DNA of 64,000 nucleotides from Balanoglossus misakiensis (taxonomy: Eukaryota; Animalia; Hemichordata). Shown here one piece after another: positions 40,925 through 53,451 of the stretch (the first letter of the stretch is position 1; each line of letters begins with the position of its first letter). The stretch lies in contig CM082577.2 in NCBI GenBank assembly GCA_040954595.2, forward strand, positions 6,126,301 through 6,190,300, written 5' to 3'. Both the position numbers and the translations under genes were made by a program. The notes beneath the pieces were generated by a model. The model saw only the letters and a list, made by a program, of their open reading frames with translations. It was not told where the DNA came from and searched no databases.

Positions 40925-42278
40925 GTACATCAACCGGATTCTATAAAAGCTGCATTGACGTTTTATTTTACATTGTCCATAAACGTTGTAACAAGTCGAC
41001 TGGTCGGCAAAAATGTCCATAAACGCATGAATGTATTTTGAAAGTCATGACACAATCCACAACATGAATAGGGGTGTACCCTATATCTGACAGTAATAGG
41101 GGTACCCCTTATGAGGCACGCATCCCCAATTAGTCTCGTGTATACTGCCCTACAGCGAACAAAACAACGTGCAGTGATGAATATTTAACAATACATAATG
41201 AATATGCTTCATTTTATCTTAATTAAATATTTATTTGCTTATTCTATTTCCGTTTTGTCAAATTGTATCGACATAGAAGTTTAGTTTAACAGAAATGCAA
41301 TCACGCCATCGTAAATTTTCATATCTGTTAAAGCAGTAAATTTGATTGAGGAATTGATACTGTGAACAAGACCGAGGGAGGGAAATCTGATTTGGCGCGA
41401 TCTTATAGTCTGCTGTTTGATTTTGTTAATGAGAATGTTTGACTCGGAAACACACGCCTGAATCGTAAGTGCCGCAATCTCGAAAAACAAACGAAATGTC
41501 CACATTCAGACTTGTATGTGTTACGGTATATGCTTCGGCTGTGAAGAGCCCCTCGATGACTGGAAATTGCATCGCATTTTTCTTACGTTCGTGTTCATGT
41601 CACGAAGGAATGTAACCCGCCAACCGAAATATCTCAACTAATTAAGTGAATCATTGTAAGCGCCAGACGGCGACCATTTTACACAAGACTATCGCATGGA
41701 GATGCAAATTAAAACGACGGTAAATAAAATGCCGAATAACATGTCAATGTTTTTGACTGCGCGACATAACCAAGATCAACATGAACTTGGAAACAATATC
41801 GAGGCTCGCGGCGAATTATGTTCTCGAATTATGACGGGGTGAAAAAAAACCATGGACATGTCGCTATAAACGACTGCAGAAAGCGAGATAAGCATTCCGT
41901 AGAATGCGTTCGTCAAATGCTCGCTTCATCTCCAATCGTCCAAGGTCTGTACTGTAGTATTAATTACTGACTTCTATTTATTTTATGTGCACTCTACGCT
42001 GATAGCCGGCTGACCCCAAGCAAACTGCCATCAATAGACGCGCTAGCTGGCCAGTCAGTTTTTTGTGTCGTGTCACGGCCGAAACGGAATTTTCAACGAC
42101 CCTGTCAATTAACGTTTTTAGCCAATTACGTCCAAACACACCGCCGGTGCTGTGCCCATTTTGATCTCCCGATAATTGACACGCCACAACTGTATCGATT
42201 CCGACCACAATGAACAATGAAAAGTGCCAAAAAACCGGCGAAGTTTGCAGTGACCCCGGCACAGCGGTTAATGATTGA

Positions 42279-42309
42279 TGACGTCACAGACAAAGCGGAG
42301 TATTATGGG
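42279..42309 (+). promoter_or_regulatory. Putative proximal promoter of Cbx paralog C: CRE palindrome plus TATTATGGG
   Basis: TGACGTCACAG...TATTATGGG ~80-110 nt upstream of the ATG; shared with paralog B. Confidence 0.5.
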
Positions 42310-42386
42310 CTATGTGCTGTTGTGTTGACATGAGGGATTTGTGAACATTGAGAGAACCGTAGACACAACGTGCGGCTTGAAACACC

Positions 42387-44160
42387 ATGGAACTCACCGA
42401 TGTTGGCGAACGAGTTTTCGCTGCAGAGTGCATACAGAAGAAACGTATTCGAAAGGTAGGTTCCGGAACTCGTGGACTCTCCGTCAACTGTGGTTCGGCG
42501 CCGGTTGTCGCGAATCTAACCGTGTTTTCCCGTTATTTTGCAGGGACGCGTCGAATATCTTGTTAAATGGAAGGGCTGGTCGAACAAGTAAGTCCATTAA
42601 CATCGCTGCACCTCCCCGATCCCCGTTTTTCGTGCCGTTTTGACAGAAGATCGTCGGGCCCGGCCTTAATTCGATCCCCATTCAATGACCTATGTGCCTC
42701 TCATTTCAGGTACAATACGTGGGAGCCCGAAGACAACATTTTGGACGATCGCCTGCTCGTTCTCTACGAGAAGAGGTAAGCGTTCTTGCAACAATGTCCG
42801 CCGTCAACATGGCGTAGCCCGACTGACTGACTTCGCCGAATGAAAATATCGTTTCTCCTCTCCCCTGTTCTCCTTGCAGGGTACTAACACGTGATATTTT
42901 ACGCTTGATTTTCAGTCTACTAGAAAAAGACGTGAAACCGCCACTGACCCCTAGAAAACGGTCGAATTCGGAGTGTCAGGTAAGCGTGCGCTCGCGCAAT
43001 CTCGCCCGCCACGGTTCTGTCTGGAAATGGTCGCACTCCGCGCCCGACATTTCGGGTTTCTACCCGCTGTCAGTTTTTAATTAGATCATTTTTTTGAAAT
43101 CTGCTTCGATGGTCGTCACCTTTACTTATCGGTGCGTGTTCTTCCTCGTCAGGATGGCGACCAACCGGAGGTTCCTTCCGATGCCGAACTTAAATCGGGA
43201 GAGGACCCTGAACCGAAGAGTAATGATGGCGGCCAGCCCGATGCAGACATGAATCGGGAAGTAGGGGAAATCGGAGATCAAGAAACCGGGAACAAAATCT
43301 CTCCAGATGAGGATGTCCAAGAGATTGCGAGTCCGATCGCCGAAAAACCAAAAGAATTGCACAAGGAACCCAAGAAATCAAAGAAGGATAAAGAGCGGGA
43401 CAGGGACAGAAAGAAGAAAAAGAAGAAAAAAAACGAGAGCCCGGAACGCAAAAAGAAGAAACGAGAAAAACACGAAAAATCGAGTGAAAACAAACTGAAG
43501 AAATTAGAGAAGTCCGGCAAATCGAAGGCCGAGCGAAATAAGAAGAAATCATCGTCGAAATCTGACAACTCCCTCGCCAAGCGCAAGATTTCCTCGAAGG
43601 CAACGATCCATCGGTCACCTTCTGTGGCGAAATCGCCGGAGAGCAGCGTTGCAAACGCGGTCAATGGATCCCCGGCCCCTCCGCCATTAGCCCAATCGAA
43701 CTGCGTTGAGACTCCCCCAATCCCCGCTGCTGGTAGTAAGATGGCGACCGCCGACGCACAAAGTCCAAAACCGAACAAGTACAACAAGAAAGTCGCGGCC
43801 GCTGTCGACAAGCTAAAAGAGGCGCCGGTCGTCCTGGAAGTGGTTACCGCGAAGGAACCCGAGAAGGTGGTGGAGAGCAAAGTGGTGGCGGCGTCGAATT
43901 CGTCGAACCCTTCTTCGGACCAAGAGAACTCGGTGGACGTGGAGAGCAGCTCAATCGGCGAGGGGGATGATAATAATTGTGTCGCGTTCCTGGCGCTGGC
44001 CAACCGCTGTCTGCAGAGCGGGACCCTGACCCCTTCCACAAACTGGCAGCCGAACAAACTGGCCGACGACGTTCTGATTACCGACGTCACTTCCCAAAAC
44101 ATTACGATAACCGTCAGAGAAAGTGTCAAGTGCGAGGGTTTCTTCAAAATCGGAGAGTGA
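42387..44160 (+). CDS. CBX: Polycomb/chromobox protein (Cbx paralog C), 5 exons: 42387-42455, 42544-42587, 42710-42775, 42916(or 42880)-42979, 43153-44160; ~416 aa
   Basis: Chromodomain [54 protein letters not shown], a Lys-rich central region, and a terminal Pc box VLITDVTSQNITITVRESVKCEGFFK. AATAAA at 44936. Confidence 0.94.
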
Positions 44161-47100
44161 GGGATTACGTCGCTCACACACCAAAACTTTTGGAACCAGT
44201 GCTGCATGGAATACATAGGCGTACTAGTATTATACGAATGCTGTCTTCTTTAACGCGTGGCTTGTATAAACGCGTCGCGCAGTTCGTGATGGTGTTTTTG
44301 GATTTTTTTTATACGCGTTGCGATTGTCCGACTGGCTGGAAAAATTGTATATACCGCTGCGATATAAGTGTTCCGTCTTTTAGTTAATCTTAAATATCTT
44401 GGTAATATAGCCGCAACTGTCAACGCTGCAATGTAATTGTCGTTTTCGGGGACCCGGCGCCAGTGACTTGGGCACGGCAGTCGTGAGTATGACAAAATAA
44501 ACTCTTCTTGCCACATATTTAAACCGACGGCAAGGCAAAGGTCATAGTGGTGATTTTTTGACGTCCACACGTGTTGTAGCCCGAAAGTAGTGAGCCTGTA
44601 TAAGCTTGCACACAGCTTCATCTCAACAGCGAAAATGCATACATTTCACATGTGTCCTGAAATGAATGGGGATCTGGCCATCAAAATGCGACCGCAAGTA
44701 TACAGGTGTACATGCAGACCTGCCACAGTCCCGCACTTTGCCATGCCGAGTAAAAATGCCTATAGGCCTATATATATTTATCTGTGAGAATTTACTTTGT
44801 GTTTTAGAAATTGCCCGGGCATATATTTATGTAGATTTTGTATATTATTGTTATTTACTGTAAGTTTGTGTCGCACTGTGCCTCGCATGTGATAAGACGA
44901 TATACCCACTCCTGATAATTCTTAGGTTGGAGTTTAATAAATAGTTTTCGTGTAAAAGACTGCAATTCGTTTCGCGTGAATTTAGTTGCTTACTTACATT
45001 TCTGGACGCCGGTGGCTTTTTTTTCAAAACGGTGAAGATGACAGATACTGACAGACTTCACATCGAAAAAAGTTTACATCAGTGTAGGAATAATTGCACG
45101 GTTGTCACTAGAAAAAGTGTGGGGTCGTACATTCTGCAGGTGAACAATGAAAATATACATGTACTTGAAGATGAGAAAGTGTGGTTTATACAAGCAGTAA
45201 TGTGACGAATGCCAGATATATCGGCGTGCGAAGGGAACAAATACACGAATTCGCGTATGCATTTAAGACTGTAATATATTTTCGGGGCTTTATAATTTGC
45301 TAAATTTTTGCGCACACTTGCGGGTCTTCGCCAAGAAGAGACCATGTTCCCAGGTTAATAAACCGGACAATTGAATGTCAGTCTTTAAGACGCGGCGAAT
45401 TTTTGTGATATATTTGAGAGTTTTTCATATCCGGCGCGTTGCAAATATTGACAGCCTGTCCCGCGGTGTGTTGAAGTCATCCCGTTCTGGTTGGCATAGA
45501 ATTAAATTTGATTTCTTTGTTTCTTTTATCATTATTTTATTTATATTCTGTGTAAGCCTGCATGGCTCCATACGCACTCGTGTCATACACGTTCCAACGT
45601 CCTTACTGGTGTCGCCCACTTCAAATTCTCCTTTAGGCCTTTACATGATCGAAACACTCGGAATCTTAGAAATGTTGGGCCAGCGAAAAGTGGGGGCGGG
45701 GGCAAAATAAGCGAACGCACTTCTCTCGATGCGACTTTTACTTTGTCGGAAAGAAAAACACAAAAACGATATAATAGTTTCAACTGCGAGAAGCGGTTAC
45801 ACAGAAATGAATATCACATCGGCCGATAAAAATGATATTTTTTGGAGCCAAAACAGGGTTCCAGATATATTGCCGACAAACTAGGTCACATCGTAAAGTC
45901 AACGATGGGGTTTGTAAATAAGAAAAAAAGAGCAGCGTTTTATTATAGGCGCAATTTTGATTCACCGGTTCTTTGCCCCGGAGTAGCATGTGGCGTACTA
46001 TGTTACAGTAAGTGTGTGGCGGCGGTTGAGGTTAAAACTTGTTTCAGCAGACGGTCGGTTGAGATCGGGTTATGCCTCCGCAATGCAAATCTCCGAATGT
46101 GTTTATTTTGACGAATGGTTTCCCCCGCTGAAAAAAAAAGTCGCGGGTCCAGCATGAACGGTATACCGCGCTCGCGTGTATGCTATATCCAGTGTGTTTG
46201 CCACGAAAAAAGGGCAAGTTGTCGTATTTTGTTTATATATTTTTTTTTTATTATTATTCTACGATTGGTTATCAAGCACTGGTGCGCACGGGTTTTGCAG
46301 CTCTTGGGCTTTCTTTGTTTAGCGGGACGATTCGATCAGTGTTTTTTTTTCTGATCCCCACAAATGCACCCCCTTTGTCTCGGCGATTTAGCCCATTGTC
46401 GCTTTTGTTGGCGCGCTGCGGAGAAGCCTTTCAATATCCCAGTGTAGTTTACGTACGGATCTCATTGCTGCCTTCAGATCAGGTCTACTCTAGCCGTGCA
46501 GCCTATACCCGCTATGGCCTTTGCGCAGACGACATTTGTTTACCGCCTTTTTTCCCCAGTCTATAATGTTGCTTTCGCGATATAGTCTCTGTCCGTCTGC
46601 GCGTAGAAACCATTCCCTGACCTAATAATAACCGCGGTGTCTGTTACTGATATCGGGTCGGGGTATAGCTATCGAGGGGGCAACGAATCGGGGGGAAATT
46701 CTGTGAGCAGACTGGCTGTGACGGCTCAAGTCTTCGGCTATGCGAGTTGTTATTAATGGCAGTGGTTATAACGCTTGGTCGGTGATGCGTGCATCGCCAT
46801 GTTTCAGTACCATTGCTCGATATCATGCGCTGTATACCCAGTGTCCTTTGTAACGTGTTGTGACTGCATCGATAGAATCGACGGTCATTGAAATTACCCG
46901 CGACAGCAAAACAAACCGACGAGTAAATACGACACCACGATGGCACAGTATTTGTCTAGGCGCAGAATTTTCCGGGGATTTGGGTGATTGAGTATGCAAG
47001 GCGCACAAAAATAATCACAAATTGCACTTGTACGATCTCTCCAGTCTGTCAGCCCCCCTCCCCTTATAGTGCCATAGAAAGCCCTGTGATAAGATTTAGA

Positions 47101-49931
47101 ATGGCCGCTATGAAAGAAGCAGAACTGAAATATAGCATACAAGATACATAATAATTATACTCATGGAAATAGCCTTAGTCTATACGAGTGGGGCAGCATT
47201 TCTGCTTTAGGAATAATCTGGTTAGTTCGTGTAAGAAATGCTAAGCGACTATCGTCGTGTTATTGTGTGTAACTATATGTATTTTCAATGTACGAGTTTG
47301 TCGTCAGCATGCGACGTGTGTCACGACTCTGAAAATTAGGTTATTTTTCGGCAACTGCCCGTTGTTTACACCATGTAGGCATATTGGAAAATAAGCTGTC
47401 CGTGCAAGGAAGCGACCGATCAGGTAAAAGCTATCAGAAGCCCACAATGGTGTGTTACCATTTAAAATTTAGCCATGGACAGTTTGTGTGTGTTTTCAGG
47501 CGGTCGATGACGTCATGGTACATCGTAAAAATACTAGTAGACACAGAAGATTTATAAAGCGTCCGCGAGCGAGCCTGAGGTAAACACGGACTCCCCCACC
47601 CCACCCCCACCGTTGAGCCACAGACAGAGAACGACCGCGCTCTAAAGTGTTGCCGCGCTTCCATTCTAAAAATACAGATCACCTACATCAAAAATGCATG
47701 GCGACGATTCTATTCATATCTATATCGCCCACGTGTCACAGACACATTACGGGGGCTTGACTCGCAATCCTTCTAAAATAATTGGTGATCTTTCTTAATT
47801 TCAGTCTCTGGGGTATTCATGTTGACCAAGGGTCGCGTTCGCGTCGGTGACTTTTGAGAACTGCCTCCCCTATATTAGAATGTGCCCAATTCCCATCTCA
47901 GGTACTAGTATATCGATAACCGTGACTTGTGAAGAGGTCGGCTTTGTCTTAGAACAGGTGTAGCAGTTTAAAATGCAGATATTGTGACCTAGTCGTTATA
48001 TCACCTGGATCAGACATGATTGAAATTCAGTAGTTTTCCTATCAAAACAAGTAGAGTAGCAAATATTTTTTTTTCAATTTTGCGTTTTATCATTCGGAAA
48101 ATTAATCACAAGCTGTAGTAGTACTTTGATTAGTAGGGTTTTAAATTTGTTAATCTCGCGCACCGTACAAGCGATTGATATTAGAGAACGTGCTTACTGT
48201 TCATCAAAATAAAATTTATGGATATTTTTTATTCACGTTGAATAGCGATATTTTTCACGAATGAAATACTGGTTAATTTAGTTATAGATAGTTAATTAAG
48301 TTATGGATAGTTAATGGTAGGTGTCGTTAGTTATCTTGCAGCTGGTTTCAAAGTCTAACCTGTCCGCTGCGTCTGTGGACAACCGCTTCTGATACGTGCC
48401 CTGTCATACGCCTGGTGTTTTTGTTTCTATTTAGTACACAGAATCATGACGCAAAATGACCCCACAACGGATAATTGCTTTCATGAGAACTCGGGCACCG
48501 CGCCGTGTACATTCTCGTAAGTGACGTGTGTTCTTTCCCCTTCTTATAGCGATCAATAAACTCACTGATCGGTAACAGGGGGATGCAGGGAAGAATTTGC
48601 TTATTGGATTCTTGGCAAACACGCATTCGATGTTCGCTGTGTGCCGAGTAAACGTCGCCGTGGGGAGAACGCGTACGTCGTCCGGTAATATTTGTGATGA
48701 GCGCCGTCGGGGTGTTACTAAAACGGTCGCACGATGATGCACGCACACCTTTGAATCGCTTCCGCTGTTCACGTGGACCTCATCCAATCATCTTCACGCG
48801 TTTTCCGGAAGTAATATTTTGAACACAATTTGCCTATCGTTTTGTGATATGTATCGCACATTTGTGTTGGTATGTTATAATCAAATTGCATAGCAAATTC
48901 GCGGGTAGATTTAGCATGGTCACAGACTAGTGTAGGGAGAAGAATAGAAAAAGTTTGGTACGTATACTAAACCAAATTGAAAATACTGAAAAATGCCCAA
49001 AAGTTTTACATGTGTGTATTAAATATGCATTTAACCGCGCATAAAAGTACAACCGCGTTCACATTTTATCGGCAAGTACCCGTACCCCTGTAGATCAACA
49101 CTACATGTGCCCAGCTCGTTCTCTTAGGACATTATCTATGACATTGAACTGGTACCAGTACAATTTCTGGATATTGCACTGCACCCGTGCACTGAGAATC
49201 CAGACGTTGCTCTGGACTTCCCATAACACACAAGATAACTTTGATAAGGAGGTACATGTACAACTAGAATTGTGTTTCGAGAAAAAAATGACAGAAAATT
49301 GTTACTTACAGTCAACCATGTGCGCAATGGGGCTGCAAGCCAGGGGAAAAGACACCCTCGATTTCCATGACCGGTGGCTGTTTATGTAGATAATAGTCGA
49401 CGAGGCTACCAGAATCCGGGAAAATCAAGTCCATATTGTCACAGTCATAACGTGCATTTTCACTTGGTTGTCGTAAATTGCTCCGGGGAAATGACAAGGT
49501 CGTTCACGTCGCCACTTTCAGCCACGAGGTTTGTCCGTCGAAGGTTGAGTGACAAATGACTGGCAACTTTCCAATTGAAATGTGTCATTCACCAGATGCA
49601 TTTTGTGACGCTTGTGATTGGTGGTTGTGACTGAGAAGTTGTTTAGCATACTAAGATCACAGATGTTGCGTCGTGTTGTAAGCTGGACAATGTACTCGTG
49701 TCGCGTCATGTCACTCCACCCATACGTTATACGTAATACGGTTATGTAATCGCCATACTAGTATGAGTTTGAGCTTTAAAAATATAATTTTAAAGTTTTG
49801 GCATAGACCCTTGAGTGAAAGGGACCTTGCTCCAGGGTCTATGATACCAGAAAACCCTTTCCATCTACAATGTAACCGATATTATTTTCCCCGATTTTTT
49901 TGTAGTAATTTTATCTTCCATCAACATGTAG

Positions 49932-50003
49932 TCCTCGATAGTATAGTGGTGAGTATCTCCGCCTGTCACGCGGAAGACCGGGGTTCAATTCCCCGTCGGG
50001 GAG
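49932..50003 (+). tRNA. trnD: tRNA-Asp(GTC), copy 1
   Basis: 72 nt TCCTCGATAG...GGGGAG; acceptor stem TCCTCGA/TCGGGGA, anticodon arm TCCGC-CTGTCAC-GCGGA, T loop TTCAATT; downstream oligo-T terminator. Confidence 0.97.
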
Positions 50004-50656
50004 GATATTTTTTACTAATTTGACTGATTTAGACCTTTTTTGCTCAACACGTTGACGATTTTGGAATCCAAGTTTTTTTTGCCAGCCAGTGATAAATTTC
50101 GAAAGTGAAAAGTGTCTTTGAATGTACCTGATTTTTTTTCAAGTTTACATCATATCGATAAACTATATTGAATCAGTACAAACTTCTCCGGGTTAAAACG
50201 CGAATTTCAGGTAGATTCATCGACGGCATTTGCCATGCATTCAACATTTTGTTGTGGGACTTGCGACTGGACCAGAACGAAAACAGATCAACATTGTCCG
50301 CAACGTTACTCGGTGTCAAAAGTCAACACGGCCGAAGTTTCAAAGAAGATCGCAAGAGGGTTTTTTCCCTGCCATTAAAACCCCGGAGCTATTCTCGCTC
50401 CAGGGTCCTTAACACCGAGAGCCTTGAAAACCGCAAAGCAGTATCGGCTTTCACACAGAGGGGCTTTTGAACGCCTGAAATGACCCCGGTGACCTCCGCG
50501 TTACTTCCGAAACTTTGTCGCCAGGTTTTGTGGTCATACAATTGTGCGGTTAACGGGTCAAAGGTCACGAGTCTCTTTAGAGCCACTCGTTCTCTACATA
50601 AATCAAGATAGTCTCTTTGGGGCCGTTCGTTCTCGTGAAAAATACAACCAACGATT

Positions 50657-50702
50657 TTAAAGGGGAAGGTCGTCTGAACTGCGTATGCGCGACTTTTCTG
50701 TT
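50657..50702 (+). mobile_element. Solo terminus of the second TTAA-type transposon family
   Basis: Similar to the reverse complement of 27001-27045; starts TTAA-AGGG. Confidence 0.55.
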
Positions 50703-51123
50703 GCTAAGCACATTGCTATTGTTCCCGTTACCCTGCCAATCGAAACATGTTATATCAAAGTAGCTTACGGAAATGTGATGAAAGTTTTTTCCCCTGACGC
50801 ATGCTGGTTAGCGGATATGAATAGCCTTCACACATTCTCGACTCACAAGGTGTGCTTTTTAATAACCCTTAGACGAATATGGCCGACGAGATCTCGTTTT
50901 CGCGAGAACAGCGTTGGATTTGTTAGACTTCAATCTGGTCCACGATCAGTGTAGTGAGGCGATCCTCTTTTTGTCACACCTTATGGCCAAATTGTGTCGA
51001 GAGAATGTGCTGAAATGTTTGAAATTATAGATGTGCCACCATTTGCCTGAGGGAACGACTGAAGAACGTGAAAACACACGACAGTTTTGTTGTTTTCTGA
51101 ATATCGTCCGTCAATGCATGTAG

Positions 51124-51195
51124 TCCTCGATAGTATAGTGGTGAGTATCTCCGCCTGTCACGCGGAAGACCGGGGTTCAATTCCCCGTCGGGGAG
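51124..51195 (+). tRNA. trnD: tRNA-Asp(GTC), copy 2
   Basis: Identical to copy 1; oligo-T downstream. Confidence 0.97.
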
Positions 51196-51908
51196 GCTTT
51201 ATTTTTCAAACAAATATGTTTTTCTTTATTTTTTGTCATTCGTATGCAAAACGAGCCACTTTATAACGAACACCATTCATTTTATCTTATAATATATTGT
51301 TCCAATCCTAGAATACTTCCAGTATCCCCCAGAAAAAAAGATTACATCTAAATGTTGAGCCATCATTCCAATATCAAGCTGACTTGTTCCTGTTTATAAC
51401 TGAACTCTCCCTAAGCGTGTTAGGCCTATCTCTCGTCGCTTCCTTGTCGTCTCTCCCTGGGCCACAGGTATCTCCTGGTTCATTGATATAAAAAATACCA
51501 AAATGTCACACACTTCACAACTCAAAGGTGGATTTCACTATCCTTATGACCTTCCATTAGGAAGAGTAATTTCTCAAGCTGGGGGGACAAAATTGAAATC
51601 AGGGATATCAAAATACCAATCCGGGAAAACCGAGCTCTTTAAGTCGTGGATCGTGACTCGAGGACTGAGAAAATTTCCGTCTGGGTGTAACAGTAGAACG
51701 CATTATTTCTCGTGGATTGGACTGTTTTTGTGGGCTAAGCATGACGCGCACGTATACGGATCAAACTCTCCGTCCAATAGTTACTGAAATGTTGTTCTGA
51801 ATGTCAATTCATTACTAGTAAAGAATTGCGATTTTTCACCTCGCCGAGATAAAATAAGCTTGAGCTACTGAAAGAAGTACATGTAAATTGTATTTACGTG
51901 TAATGTCT

Positions 51909-51960
51909 ATGAGATATCACATTTTCACTCCGGTGGCCACGCGAAAAAGCGCGCCACCAT
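51909..51960 (+). mobile_element. Degenerate internal fragment related to MITE family 1
   Basis: atgagat-atcac-attttcac..ggtggc-cacgcgaaaaagcgcgccaccat aligns with 18532-18614. Confidence 0.5.
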
Positions 51961-52618
51961 ACAGAGCAATAAGACAAACCCCTTATGCTTTTCGTATTAT
52001 TCGGTAAGCCACCCAAATCGTCCATGTGACGCCACGTCAAATCAAATATCCCTGTTTGTTGAACTTTACTACCTTATAATCCGATGTCTCAAATATCGAA
52101 CTCACGTGAGCAGACTACTGTTTTATTTTAATGTAAATATTTCTCCCGGGGTTTTAACTTTGGGTGTCCATACATTGTTATGCAAATATATCGATTAACA
52201 TATAAATCAGGTTTTTCACCCTATCCCTTTACACCTGAGTACATGTACATGTATTACTTTCTCTCTGAATTTGAATTAGTGGCAAATGTGAGATGACTCC
52301 GGCTATTGTTGACATTACTGTTTTTTGTAAATTTAACACACGCAGCCACTCATAATGATTGCAAATTTGAACATTTTGCCCGGTTTTACTTTCGTTAAGA
52401 TAACATTTCTTCCGATGAACCCTTTATCTGTGTTATCTACTATCAAAAGGGCGATGGGTCCGAAGTGAAGCTATTTTTGCTTTTGTCGCCGACAGCAGGT
52501 GTGATGATGAAGCGTTGAACCCTTACCTCCCAAGAAGCATTGCCGTTGCTTGAACTTCGACACAGAATGTACCACCTAAGTGCGTCATCGGAGAACCTCG
52601 GCTGGTCATTGGGACATA

Positions 52619-52704
52619 TTAAAGGGACAAAGTCTCTCTTGCTGTTCCTTTTCCCATTAATTATGTTTGATACAAGACAAGAGACTCAGACTTTGTCCCT
52701 TTAA
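52619..52704. mobile_element. Very small (86 bp with TSDs) TTAA-flanked Kolobok-like MITE
   Basis: TTAA-AGGGACAAAGTCT ... AGACTTTGTCCCT-TTAA perfect inverted termini. Confidence 0.8.
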
Positions 52705-53379
52705 TGGTTATCAAACTGTGCCATCATCACAGTTGTGAAAAGCCCGATAGAGGGAAGCGACATGTCCATCGTTTTCACTCACAACTGACAGCGAAACAAA
52801 CCTAGTCACTCGAGAAAGTTGTATGCGACTTCTTAGATTTTTTAATTTCTATGTTGCAGACGTGTGCATAATCACATTAAACTATAGGTATGTTCATGAT
52901 ATTGTTATTTACAAGTACTCAACATACTCTGTATGCGGTAGTCTGCATCTGCACTCAACGACAGCCTGACACGTGTCGAGGGGCAGCAGACTGAAAAAAG
53001 ATTAATAAACGTCCACGGGTTCAAACGCGCACAAATCATGCAAATGGGGTTACGATGGACAGCGACACGTGGCAGTTGCGAGTCACATGGAACTTCCGTT
53101 CTGTTCATTGAGGGCGCGTGCGTCCGAGCGTTCACAACTGGCAATATTGTCAATCAGCTGACCGTCTTCAATATTTCGTTTAATTAAGAAACGCCTACTC
53201 ATCTTTTTATATACTAGTATCGGGTCCATCTAAAATATGGCCGCCATGAATACTCCGTCCCCGATGCGAACGAAATTTTTCAGGGTTCTGCCTAGCCGAA
53301 ACAAATTTTATGTTTGTGGATATTGGTAAACTTTTTTTGCTGGTAAAAAAATAAACTTTGCAGGTGAAATAAAAAAAAA

Positions 53380-53451
53380 CTCCCCGACGGGGAATTGAAC
53401 CCCGGTCTTCCGCGTGACAGGCGGAGATACTCACCACTATACTATCGAGGA
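53380..53451 (-). tRNA. trnD: tRNA-Asp(GTC), copy 3
   Basis: Exact reverse complement of copy 1; adjacent A-run on + is the terminator. Confidence 0.97.

Noticed and set aside
39448-41022. ORFs with YLSI repeats and poly-M/poly-S
   Set aside because: Products of the (ATCT)n and (GAT)n microsatellites.
43278-44216. 312-aa minus-strand ORF with poly-Phe
   Set aside because: Antisense of the Lys-rich Cbx C exon.
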